A DNA stretch of 64,000 nucleotides from Azolla caroliniana (taxonomy: Eukaryota > Plantae > Polypodiophyta). Both the position numbers and the translations under genes were made by a program. The notes beneath the pieces are model-generated. The model saw only the letters and a list, made by a program, of their open reading frames with translations. It had not been told where the DNA came from and made no database searches. Position 1 is the stretch's first letter; the number at the start of each line of letters is the position of its first letter. The stretch is from positions 3,286,001 to 3,350,000 of the forward strand of contig JBHGNT010000018.1 in the NCBI GenBank assembly GCA_043228905.1. Reading direction: 5' to 3'. Of this stretch, positions 1-10,767 are shown in pieces.

Positions 1-547
1 TGAACTAAAATTATATCATTTATAAATAACGGAACCAAACCAAATTGTTTGATCACATTGGAAATGATAAACTTGGATAGAAATGATTTGGTTTGAGTCA
101 AAGTTAGGCCCATAACTAGTCTCTTTAGTGAATTGTTTAGGGAAAAGTTGAAATCCAAACTGAACCATTTAATAAGTAAATAAAAATACATGCAAACCTC
201 GCAACATTGTGTCTAGGAGTATATCATGTTTTACCATTCCAATTAAAGAGAGTGGTGTTTCACTACCTCAAATGTGGGGGTTCATGTTATAATTGGAGAA
301 TGGAGGAATGGATGTGTGTATGTGGTCTGAACTTGTTTTCAATGTATGATACACACACACACACACACCCCACGGAATGATCGCCATAGAGAGAGAGAGA
401 GAGAGAGAGAGAGTAAAAAACTTGTCAAGAGTAGGAAGATGAGGAAGACAAATAATTTCTATTAGAGTGAGTACCATAAATACACGAGATAGATGTATAT
501 ATTACATATTTCTTTGCAAAGAAAATATCCTTTAAGAGAGAGAAAAA

Positions 548-628
548 AAGAAAGATATATTAACATCTTCGAAGACCAAATTTGGCCCATGAGACAATTG
601 GTTACAATAATGGGATGTGTACCCAATC
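548..628 (+). repeat. ~80-bp dispersed repeat associated with (GA)n/(TA)n microsatellites (copy 1 of 4)
   Basis: Core AAAGATATATTAACATCTTCGAAGACCAAATTTGGCCCATGAGACAATTGG recurs in reverse complement at ~21555-21592 and ~22473-22554, and forward and truncated at ~52076-52114. Confidence 0.75.
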
Positions 629-1967
629 ATCAAAAATTAAAACTTAAAATAAACATAGATAAAAGAGTTTTATTATGGTACAAAAGATGTTATGGTGAAC
701 ATATTCCATAAAGGAAATTACTACTCGAACTAGTTTCATTTCTATCCAAGTTTCTTGAAAAGGAGTGGGAGGTCAAAGGGTTTCCGTGTGGGTGTCTTGA
801 ATCTCGATGTAAAATATATCCTTACCATAGCTTCTAGGCGGTGTAACTCACGTTCCCTTTCTTCTTAATTTCTTTTGCACAACGGGTGACCTTGAGTTTT
901 ATTTACAAAGAAAGGACACCCTTAGCAAACCAAGATAGTGTGTGTTATGCAAGTTGAATAAGCATTGTAACTCTACTAAAGGTAGTTTATGAATTGTGTC
1001 AAATCTAGCAATCCGCAAAAATATTAATTATCTGAAGTGAAAGAAGAAACCTCATTGGATTAATCCCTAACATTATCGTGAAGATACATGTGTGTGTGTG
1101 TGTGTGTGTGAAACGTGAGCAAGACCACCTCGGACCTAAACCAAGGAGGGAGTATACTCAAGTTGTTTAGTTTGGAGTACTCATAGATTATAATTCCTGC
1201 GCTTGGTTCCTATTGGGGAAGTAAGAGTACTTTCGGTATTCTTGTGTATGTGTGTGTGACCTTTAAGTGAATAGGGTGCATATATGTGTTTATTTTTATA
1301 AGAATGTATTTGTAAATAATTTATATATGAAGGTATGTGTATTTATTTCATAGATATATTTATAAGTTGCGCTTTTGATGTGTTGCGTATAAATGTGTGA
1401 TATTGGGCATATGGAATTTACGCATGTGCACGTGTGAAAGTAGAATTGTTTGTGTGCAAGCGAGCCCAAGGCAATCACGAGTATGTGTGAATGTTTCGAA
1501 TAAAAGATAAATTATGTATAATTATGTGCAAATGAACATATGATTTTTCCATAAAAAATATGCTCCATTGGTATTAAAATTAACAATGCCAAAGGCAATC
1601 TACAAATTGTACATTATAGTTTCCACTCCATAAGTATATGTCGTAAAAAAAGGGACCAAATAAAGATGGCATTTGTTATGGCCTCTAAAAAACATCATGT
1701 TGCAGCCAACATTGGCTGAATGTGATTCCACATATACTGAAGCTCTTTAGTATACCCATATTCAACCTATAAACAAATTCCTGGTTGTCCAATAGCTGTT
1801 CCCGTTCCTTGGCCTTTAATTTTCCTTTGTGAATGTCCTTTTGTACCACTTAGGTAATACAAAACTGCTCTCTCCAATCAAGCCATTGAGGTAATCTGCT
1901 ACTTCTTGGCCGTAGTCTTCTTCAAGCTGAAACTCAGAACAGCCATACATTGATTAGACCATAATCT

Positions 1968-3076
1968 CATCACAACCATTCTTCATTTAACCCACATCAG
2001 TCATGTCTCCGATTAACGTCATTGCCCAAAAACCCCAAAAATCTGTGATAAGAATAAAATCCGTCTAAAAATTCCTCACCCACTCGTGATGATTGGCTTC
2101 GACCCTCCCCACCATCTTCACTCATCCTCACCACAAATATTTCTTCCTTTAGTCGACATCAGCCATCTCACCGATTAACCTGGTTCCAATGTCCACGCAT
2201 ATCCTGTATAATCAACAAGAACTTAGGTTAAAACATGTCCTCACCCACTCCTGCACATTGGCTTCGACCCTCCCCACCATCTTCACTCATCCTTAACACA
2301 ATAATTCTTCATTCAGTCGACATCAGCCATCTCACCAACTACCACGGTGGCAATGTCCACGCATATCCTGTATTGATCAACACAAAATTAATGTAAACAT
2401 TTCCTCACCCACTCGTTATAGTCGGCTTCACCCTCCCCACCATCTTCACTCATCCTTAACACAGAAATTCTTCATACAGTCGACATCAGCCATCTCACCA
2501 ATTAACACGGTGGCAATGTCCACGCATATCCTGTATTGATCAACACAAAATTAGTGTAAACATTTTCTCACCCACTCGTTATAGTCGGCTTCACCCTCCC
2601 CACCATCTTCACTCAACCTTATCACTTTCACACAGAAAATTTCTTCGTTCAATCCACATCAACCGTCTAGCCAATTATCGTCATGACCAATGTCCACGAA
2701 AAAACCTGTATCAATAACAAAACAGTTAATCTCAAAGTTTCCTCACTCATGATAGATGGCTTCGACCCCCCCGCCATCTTCCCTCATCCTTATCACAGAA
2801 CAAGAAATTCTTCATTCAGTCCACGTCAGCCCTCTTGCCGATTAACATCTTGCACTGTTGACGAAAAACCTGTATTAAAAACAAAAATTAGTGTAAAAAT
2901 TCCCCACCCACTCACGATTGTCGACTATGACCCCGCCACCATACCCCATCCTTTTCTCTTACACATTCTTCCTTCTTTCCACATCAGCCCTCTCGTCGAT
3001 TAGCTTGTTGCCAATGTCCGTGGAAAACCTGTATTTACAACACAAAAACAGTTTACACTTTCCTCACGCACTCATC
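1968..3076 (-). repeat. ~165-bp tandem monomer array (6-7 units) in the LINE 3' UTR
   Basis: Anchor CCTCACCCACTC or variants at ~2074, 2239, 2403, 2567, 2741, 2902 and 3062, plus a degenerate partial unit at ~1968-2073. The middle units are near-identical and the edge units diverged. Confidence 0.92.
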
Positions 3077-6000
3077 CTAAACGGCTGTGTTCAATATAAA
3101 TGGCGCTGGTGGCGGAAACAACCATCGAGGTGGAACATAATTCCACTTTACATCTTCCCCTGTTGCATCCAAAAAAATAGGAATGGTTGACCAGACTCTT
3201 CTAAGTCGCTTTCTTTTCCGGTTAGGCCCATTTCCACAACCCTTATAGCTATCATATTCACCTTTAACTATATTTACCAATAATTCCCAGAAAGATTTAA
3301 CTTGATCCACAACATTAGTATCTTCATCATTATATATTTTAGAACACCTTGCTTTCCAAATAATCCATAAGGCCAACGAGGAAATAAAGTTCCAAACATA
3401 ACACCTAGAAAAGAACTTGACTCCCTGCAAGGAGCTATTCGTAACGTACACCTGAAAACTTTTCACATGTAAAGTCAATGATGAATTATGATAATGATAA
3501 AAAACAGTTTCTTGATCCAACGTACCCCAAAAGATTGTACCCCACGTGAATTTAGTAGCCCTATACTTACGACTTAAAAGCCTAAGAATACGAGCCCAAA
3601 AACATTTGGCCGTAACACATTCCCAAAAAGCATGATGTAATGTCTCATATGCCCAGCCACACCTACCACATGATCGATCAGGTATTGTTCCCCTCAATAA
3701 AGCTCCTACTGGCAATGCATAATGAATCATTAACCATCGAAAGTGCAATACCTTGTTCATACATTTAAGCGACCAAAGGTGTTTCCAAAACTTCAACATA
3801 TATGTAGATGAGACATTACCTTCCTCCCAATATTTTTTTCCTGCCGGAATTGACTCTATCTCATTTAACAAAAACTTCCTACCCAGTGACACAGAATATG
3901 CAAAAAATGGAAGAACTTTCTCTTGCGTACTATCAGACATTGGTAACTTCCAACCATAATCTAATGGATCCCACTGCAAATCAACAATTGGTCTAGAATT
4001 TAAAACCCATATATGAGATGAATACTTAGCAATTAGTGGATTAGGATCTATAAATATCTTTTTTCCCAACCTAGCTATTACTCTCACTGGCAGCTGCCTG
4101 GCAGAAGACACAATTGAAGACTCCTCCTCCACTACCAACAACCTACCATTATCGCAAACTTCATAAAAGTAAAGGCTACCATTTTGAGTATACAGACGAG
4201 CTCCTATTAGTATATTTAATCTCGAAAACATACCATACCAATTCAAACAATGACCAAAACTCAAAGTTGGTAATGTTACCTGATACACCGTTGACACTTG
4301 AGTTATCATAATGTTTGCCCCTCTGAAATTAGACACCCTACTCTTTTGGTCTTGCACTGAAGTCTGCAGGAAAGCAATCCAATCCGCAACCGTACGAGCT
4401 GGTCCATTATCCATTGCAGCCCAAGATAACCTAGGTCGTAAACCTAAGACACATGCCGCTTCATCAGTAAACAAAGGATTCCATAACAACGGCTGACGCA
4501 TTAATTGATGATATGTTTTTGGTGGCAAAAAAACCAGCGCTCGACGAATACTTTCCCATGCCCTTAGAATGCCATTAAAAAAACTAAAGGACCCAACTGT
4601 CGATTTAGACAGCGGAAAATCTGAATTAAAGAACCATCTAAGACTATCACGCCAATTACCACCAACCGATGGTTTTAATTTATATAAATGACACATCCAA
4701 AACTTTTTCCATAACTCTTGTCCAGGCAATAAACACCTAACAACATGTTTAACAAGTAATGCTTTACTTTGCATGAAAGGATCAATCAAACCTAAACCTC
4801 CTTTATGTTTGGGTTGTATAAGAACCGACCAAGCTACCTTTGCTATAGTATTGTGTACCGTATCATTTCCCCAAATAAAATTCCGTACTAGACGTTGAAC
4901 TCTAAGCATAATGGACCTAGAAAACAACCATGTAGAGGCTATATACCAAACAGATGATAAAAGCACAGAATTAGCAACAACTACACGTCCAGCTAAGGAT
5001 AACCTTTCCTTCTTCCAATATATTAGCTTATTTCTTAATGTTACCAATAAGGGCGCAATCATATCATCTACCTTTATTCCTAACCCTACTCTACATCCTA
5101 GGTACCTAATGGACTGTCCTTTCGGAATCCACGAGAAACCGGCGCTAGGCGCGTTAACTGGAGGGTTTCCCGAAGCCACCCAAAAACCTGATGACTTATC
5201 CCAATTGATCACTGCACCCGATGCATCTGCGAAGTCATCCACAGCTTTTTGAACCTGCACCAAATTAAATTGTGAGGCGTGAATATAAAGAGCTGTATCA
5301 TAAGCAAACTCACTATCAACGCTAGCATCTGCAAATGGCAATGCTAGACCTTTTATATTAACCTGCTGAGAATTTAAATATACAGAAAACGCTTCAGATA
5401 CTAATAAAAACAAAAAAGGAGCAAGTGGACATCCTTGTCTTACTGATCTTGAAATAGAGAAACGCCTACCAATATCCCCTGCAAATAAAACCGAACTATG
5501 TGCATTACGATATAATGCTGAAACTCCCCGTATCCAATTGTTTGGAAAACCCATCTTAAGCAAAGTCCCCTCCATGAAATTCCAGTCGACTCTGCCATAA
5601 GCTTTTTCGAAATCCAGAAATAACACTGCCAACTCTTGATTCTGTCCTTCAGCAAAAGCTACCATCTCCCAAAAAAGAATAATATTATCAAAAATACTTC
5701 GCTCTTGTATAAAACCTGTCTGAGAATCATGAATCAGTTCAGAAAGATAAGGTTGTAAACGTTTAGCTAACATTTTGGCTAATATCTTATAAATAATGTT
5801 TAACAAAGTAATTGGCCTCCAATGCTGAAGCTCCTCTAACTGACCACCGGCTTTGGGAATCATATAGATTAAACCATCATTCCATTCTTGGGGCATATAT
5901 CCCGAATCTAAAACCTGTTGATAAGCTCTAGTTAGTCCCTCACCTATCAAATCCCAATATTGTAAATACCATTGGACACTCAACCCATCCAACCCAGGAC

Positions 6001-7453
6001 AAACATCTTTTGCTAAGGACTTTGCTGCTTTAAAAACCTCTTGAGGACTTAGTGGTTGCAAAAGACGTTCGGAAAGTTGAACAGGCACTTTATGTTGAAT
6101 TCTGGACCATATAATATCTCTTTTAGCTAAATCGCCAATAGAAAAGGATTGAGCCTTCAACAAATTATCATAATATTCAGAGGCTATTTGCCGCATCTGA
6201 CTAGCATCATTGGTGAAAGAGCCATCTGGACATTTTAACTGGGAAATCCTAGCCGTAGACTTATGGAAATTATGCATTTTAAAAAACATTTTATTTACTT
6301 TATCTCCTGACTCTGCCCATTCAGATGCTATATTATGGTAAGTAAATTCTGCGGAAACCTTTTGTAATTCTAATATTTGGTTTCCTACTTGTATCACCCT
6401 AGACCTTATATAAGTCGAATACGGCCTTTTCTCTTGCAAATGTTGTAAGGACCTCAATCCCCTACGAAGTCTTCCTATTTTTGTGAAAGATGAGTGAACT
6501 ACTTGTTTGGCCTTATAGTGGAAAAATTGTTGTATTTCCCTAATAGCATTTTGAACACTGGATACTGCACAATCATGCGAATAGACATACTTATTCCAAA
6601 TATTATGTACAATACAAACACAATCTTGTCGCAGAAACACATGATTCGGAATTCGAAACCTAGAAGTTTTATATTGTTCCTGTAGAACTATAATTATACG
6701 AAGAGGTGCATGATCAGAAAAGGAAAATGAAGGTAAAATTCCAATGGAGCCTCCTTTGTCCCATATAAACTTATCGGCATAAAATCTATCTAACCTAGAC
6801 AAATTAGTATGAACCTCACTTCTATTTGATCTGGAGTACTCTAAAGAATCCTGTAGCCTTACAAAGGAAGATACATGCCACACATCCATTAATCCTAAAG
6901 CAAAAATCAGTCGTTCCCATTCATATAATTCTGAACCAGCCACTGTTTGTGACGTTCCTCCTACCCTATCACTCACATCCTCTACCATATTAAAATCACC
7001 TGCAATTGCCCAATGATCCACAGTGGGTAACTGTGAAATTATGCTTTTCCACAGTATCATTCTATCTTTTGCATTATTCGGAGCATAAATATTCAATAAA
7101 CCCCACTTCTTCAAACCTATTTGAAAAATTGCATATTGACCTCGACTACAGGACAAGACTCCATAATGTAAAAAATTGAGCAAACAGGTATCGTTTATTG
7201 CTATACATAGTCCAGCTTTCAGCCTATTAACCCCAAGTGCAGGCACCCAAAGCTGCCTCCATTTACCTGGCAACAAATTTCCATATTTCCGAATCCGTTG
7301 TTCATTTAAATGATGTTCTTGAATCAAAAGAACATCAATTCTACCTACCAAAGACTTCTTCAACTGACGACGGAAAACACTCCTTACTTTACCACAATTA
7401 CTACCTCCTAAACCTCGAACATTCCATGATATAATATTTAACCTATCCATCAT
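3077..7453 (-). CDS. LINE ORF2: APE endonuclease, reverse transcriptase and zf-RVT (1458 aa, open frame, catalytic motif altered)
   Basis: EN motifs NIISWNVRGL, LLIQEHH, NIYAPN, GDFN, RLDRFY and SDHAP. RT motifs WRPITLLN, LDFEKAYGRV, SVRQGCPLAP, FAYD and RYLG. Zinc finger CGRC..ETLHHAFWEC. Confidence 0.96.
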   Translation of the reverse strand: MMDRLNIISWNVRGLGGSNCGKVRSVFRRQLKKSLVGRIDVLLIQEHHLNEQRIRKYGNLLPGKWRQLWVPALGVNRLKAGLCIAINDTCLLNFLHYGVLSCSRGQYAIFQIGLKKWGLLNIYAPNNAKDRMILWKSIISQLPTVDHWAIAGDFNMVEDVSDRVGGTSQTVAGSELYEWERLIFALGLMDVWHVSSFVRLQDSLEYSRSNRSEVHTNLSRLDRFYADKFIWDKGGSIGILPSFSFSDHAPLRIIIVLQEQYKTSRFRIPNHVFLRQDCVCIVHNIWNKYVYSHDCAVSSVQNAIREIQQFFHYKAKQVVHSSFTKIGRLRRGLRSLQHLQEKRPYSTYIRSRVIQVGNQILELQKVSAEFTYHNIASEWAESGDKVNKMFFKMHNFHKSTARISQLKCPDGSFTNDASQMRQIASEYYDNLLKAQSFSIGDLAKRDIIWSRIQHKVPVQLSERLLQPLSPQEVFKAAKSLAKDVCPGLDGLSVQWYLQYWDLIGEGLTRAYQQVLDSGYMPQEWNDGLIYMIPKAGGQLEELQHWRPITLLNIIYKILAKMLAKRLQPYLSELIHDSQTGFIQERSIFDNIILFWEMVAFAEGQNQELAVLFLDFEKAYGRVDWNFMEGTLLKMGFPNNWIRGVSALYRNAHSSVLFAGDIGRRFSISRSVRQGCPLAPFLFLLVSEAFSVYLNSQQVNIKGLALPFADASVDSEFAYDTALYIHASQFNLVQVQKAVDDFADASGAVINWDKSSGFWVASGNPPVNAPSAGFSWIPKGQSIRYLGCRVGLGIKVDDMIAPLLVTLRNKLIYWKKERLSLAGRVVVANSVLLSSVWYIASTWLFSRSIMLRVQRLVRNFIWGNDTVHNTIAKVAWSVLIQPKHKGGLGLIDPFMQSKALLVKHVVRCLLPGQELWKKFWMCHLYKLKPSVGGNWRDSLRWFFNSDFPLSKSTVGSFSFFNGILRAWESIRRALVFLPPKTYHQLMRQPLLWNPLFTDEAACVLGLRPRLSWAAMDNGPARTVADWIAFLQTSVQDQKSRVSNFRGANIMITQVSTVYQVTLPTLSFGHCLNWYGMFSRLNILIGARLYTQNGSLYFYEVCDNGRLLVVEEESSIVSSARQLPVRVIARLGKKIFIDPNPLIAKYSSHIWVLNSRPIVDLQWDPLDYGWKLPMSDSTQEKVLPFFAYSVSLGRKFLLNEIESIPAGKKYWEEGNVSSTYMLKFWKHLWSLKCMNKVLHFRWLMIHYALPVGALLRGTIPDRSCGRCGWAYETLHHAFWECVTAKCFWARILRLLSRKYRATKFTWGTIFWGTLDQETVFYHYHNSSLTLHVKSFQVYVTNSSLQGVKFFSRCYVWNFISSLALWIIWKARCSKIYNDEDTNVVDQVKSFWELLVNIVKGEYDSYKGCGNGPNRKRKRLRRVWSTIPIFLDATGEDVKWNYVPPRWLFPPPAPFILNTAV

Positions 7454-8931
7454 TCATATTGTTTCCCCCTATTCTCCTTTCGGCGAGTGCAACATCTCTA
7501 CCCTTTCTTCCATCCTCTGAGGCTCGTAATTGTCTTCTATTAGACCATATGTCTTTCCCTATCAACTTATGTGACCGCACTGGCATGTGTTTATCTACCC
7601 TATCAGTAGACCTATCTACTCCAGTGAAGGCAACTACACAATTCATGTCAACATCGGCAATGTCTAGCTTACCCACTTCAGTTTGTTGAAAATCAGACAG
7701 GCTTAAAGGCTTATCCAAATGTTGTACATGATCAACAACCTGTTGTTTACCCTTATTTAGTTGATTATTAACTTTATTAACCAATTCCAAAGGTTGTACC
7801 TGTTCAATGACGTTCTTGGACTTTTGTGCCACCGTAGGTTGTACCATTTTAACATTACTCGCATCCTTTTCCACCTCCTTCAAAATTATGTCTTGCGACT
7901 TTTGTTCCACCCGCTCCTCTTTTGTGAAGTTTGGAATGACAAACCCCACCTCCTTTGTATTAATCCCCGCGTCTTTTTCCACCTCCTGCAAAGACTGATA
8001 CGGATTAGCTTCAAGTACTAACATTGGATTAACCGTCGTCTTAGACGGTTTAAAAACATGTTTATTAGAAACTGTAAACCAGCCATCATAATTAACATCT
8101 GGTCGATTCGGTGGTTGGGCCTCCTTGTACGTACGACGCTTCTGACAATCTCGACCTAAATGACCAAATTGACGACACAAAAAACATTGATCAGGCAGTC
8201 CTTGATAATATACGTTTTGCACAACCGGTGGTTTGTTTAAAAGTAAATTTGGTAAGGATATAGTTGCCGGTAGACGAACGGATCTTGGTGCGATCAACCT
8301 AACAGCTGGTACCCCTCCCATTCTATCTGTCCCATGTGCCTGTCCATCACGCGTGGCAATCACCTTACCTAGCAAAGCCCCAATGCAAGGCAATACATTC
8401 CTCCACTCCTTCCTCAAACCGGGAAATATTGCGGTGAAAACCATGCTAGCCTCTTGATCCTTCGACTCCTGCCTCCTTAATCATTAATAGCTTGTTAACG
8501 GACTCCTCAGTCGCGAATTCCACATGATAACATCCGCGAGACATGAATTGAATGTCGAGAATGCTATCCGCTTCCTCCGAGAAAGCAGCGTACAATGTAT
8601 GACGGAGTTCCGATCTATTCATTCGCGAGCCCTGAACCTGCACGACCAATGAAAAAACTTCCAATCTACTTACCTCAGCCAAAACAGTAGCCCTATCCTC
8701 CTCTGACAATGCAAGGCCGACTGACTCATCACACAGATGAGGCGAAAGTTGGGGGGGTGCACCGGACTCCCCTGCTCGCGTATAAGGTCCAGCCGCAGAA
8801 GAACTATGTGGCTGACCCGCAGTCGATCTCCTGCTCGTGGTAGGAGCACCTGTCGATGTGGTTGCGCTGCTCGCGCCACACACGACCTGCGTTTTCCCTG
8901 TTGTCTGCATATTCCCTATACACACACACAA
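7443..8931 (-). pseudogene. LINE ORF1 (DUF4283-like region plus CCHC zinc knuckle), split by a frameshift near 8445-8460
   Basis: Two consecutive ORFs, 8446-8931 and 7443-8444. Knuckle CFLCRQFGHLGRDC. The ORF1 stop overlaps the ORF2 start (ATGATGGATAG). The likely start is the ATG at 8910 (MQTTGK). Confidence 0.85.
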
Positions 8932-9792
8932 GATTTTAACTGTTACCCATCATTAGGTATGTTCTTCGTACAATTAAATGAACATATGATTATGTGTTAA
9001 TGTATAGGTTTTGATGTGAGTGAAAGCAGTGGTGGTGATGGCAGATGAGATATGATGGCCAACAACAAGAACAACCGACTTGGAGAAGATGTGCAAAGAC
9101 AACAACATTGAAGGAAGCAATATGCGGCAACATACGACATCATGGCAGCAGCTAACAGAGTCAAAGGTAACCTTCAATCGAAGGCTAGAGTCGAAGGTAG
9201 CCTTTGACTTGAAGGTTACTTTGAGTTGATGGCTCAAATTTTGGAAAATAGTTGAAAGCTACAATGTTATCCTCTCCTCTTCAGGCATCGTCTGAAATTT
9301 TACGTATCTTCGTAAATTCTTGCACAAAGGTCAGAATCTGAGATATGAAATTTTTGTTGCGATCCTCGAAAAAAAAAATTATGTCAGCACGATGAGTTTC
9401 TCTGTGTGTTAACCTGGAATTCAAGCACCTGGCGCAAGAAAAATGTTGATCACCATGCCCAATCATTTGCATTTCTCTCATTCATCCTATCGATGTATGG
9501 TTTATTTCTAAACTAATGGTTGATCTCGTGTAGTTTATACAACATTCAAACCCCTAACTTTCCACTCTTCGTGTAAGCTCTTGTCAAATGCATTATATCT
9601 TTTTGTTATCTTTGAGTTTGTCTTGTTTCGAACCTTCTTTTTGTACTTCTGCCCTATTCAACAATCCTGTATGCATCCTTGTTCTAACTCATTTCCTCAT
9701 GTGCGCTCCTCACATCACGACAACGTAATCATTAATACAAAAAAAAGTGCAATCAAAGCCACAAGCCACAAGCCACAAGCAATAAGTTTAAA

Positions 9793-9915
9793 ACAATAGA
9801 ATTAGTAAATGTTATGTTACTTTCAATTACAAAATAGCTTGTTGCTAGAAATGGAGACATATCAATGGTTAGATCAATGTTTATTATGAAAATTAGGATA
9901 AACGTGTCAATTTCT
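9793..9915 (+). repeat. Old direct duplication (second copy at ~19186-19330)
   Basis: AATAGAATTA..ATGTTATGTTACTTTCAA..ACAAAATAGCTTGTTGC..GATCAATGTTTATT is shared by both copies, with indels. Confidence 0.75.
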
Positions 9916-10322
9916 AAGGGTTTAAAGTTCACACAAATGTAGAAATTTCCTATTCATAACCAAGTCAAAATTACAAGGATTTGATATAGGTTTTCTTAGC
10001 ACCATTGGTTTGAGCCATCGATTAGTAAACTAAATATTGTGAGTTTGAAATTTTGATATTAAGTCCACTATAAGGACTCTTCAATGGATATGGCATATTG
10101 TGAATCTACACAAACCTATTATGAAATTTTCGTAAGTGCCTAGGTAATTTGAGGGTAGAAAAAATGGCATGTTTCACATGGAGGGACTCAAGTGACAACT
10201 AATTGACAGGGATGCAATTTTCAATTTATATTGTGGGTCCACATGAGATTAGGCCTTTGCATTGATTTAAGTGGCATATGAAGGTTTTCCAAATCCCAAC
10301 AAAGTTAAAACACATTACTTTT

Positions 10323-10767
10323 CCAATTGCCCTCGTAGACAACTAATAAGCGCGAACCATATATCCATGATCACTTCCTCTGGGGGGTTGTACCAGATAT
10401 TGGAAGACCTTTAGGCAACGTGCTTTCCATACATACCACAGGGTGAAGCCCGCGATTAACATCCAAATTCCCAGGAACCTAGGGATGCAGAGTACAAGCC
10501 TCTCTCAAAACGGATCTTGACGATTTTGCCTCTCGTTCATACATAACACCAACTATCCGCATTGAAGGCGTCCGTCCACCTATCAACCGAGTGATCGATC
10601 CATGCCGCAACGCTCCACGATGTTGTTCCTTCCACTTCACATGCCGCAAGGAGGCGGGTCACTCTATCCCATACCTTTTGAGCTTGAGGGCAATCCCACA
10701 GACAGTGTCTCAAAGTCTCAATAGGTGAAGAGCAAAGTGGACAACCTATCGGGATGTGGTCACTACC
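10323..10767 (-). mobile_element. Inverted 5' segment of a twin-primed L1 insertion (zf-RVT region of ORF2)
   Basis: The minus strand encodes CPLC..ETLRHCLWDC and LWYVWKARCLKVF..IWFALISCLRGQLE, homologous to the C-terminal part of ORF2 at 3077-7453. Left TSD AAAACACATTACTTTT at 10307-10322. Confidence 0.85.

Larger units (their letters stand above)
1546..8975 (-). mobile_element. L1-clade LINE (non-LTR retrotransposon), near full length, 16-bp TSD
   Basis: Identical direct repeat AAATGAACATATGATT at 1530-1545 and 8976-8991. ORF1 (CCHC knuckle) is followed by ORF2 (EN-RT-zf) on the minus strand. A short A-tail appears as the T-run at 1544-1548. The 3' terminus resembles that of other LINE fragments in the window. 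Confidence 0.95.

Noticed and set aside
1968-3076. Hammerhead ribozyme, or a spliced coding repeat, in the LINE monomers
   Set aside because: The units have CTGATGT rather than the CUGANGA..GAAA core. The GTGAG..ACAG 'introns' would be only ~40 nt, and the putative exon checked has stops in all frames.
2683-3190. + strand ORFs over the array (106 and 90 aa)
   Set aside because: They are antisense by-products of the repeat and the ORF2 end, and the frame is not kept between units.
760-9520. Older LTR-like host sequence split by the LINE (760-1529 and 8992-9520)
   Set aside because: The flanks join smoothly, but no paired LTR, PBS or TSD could be identified.
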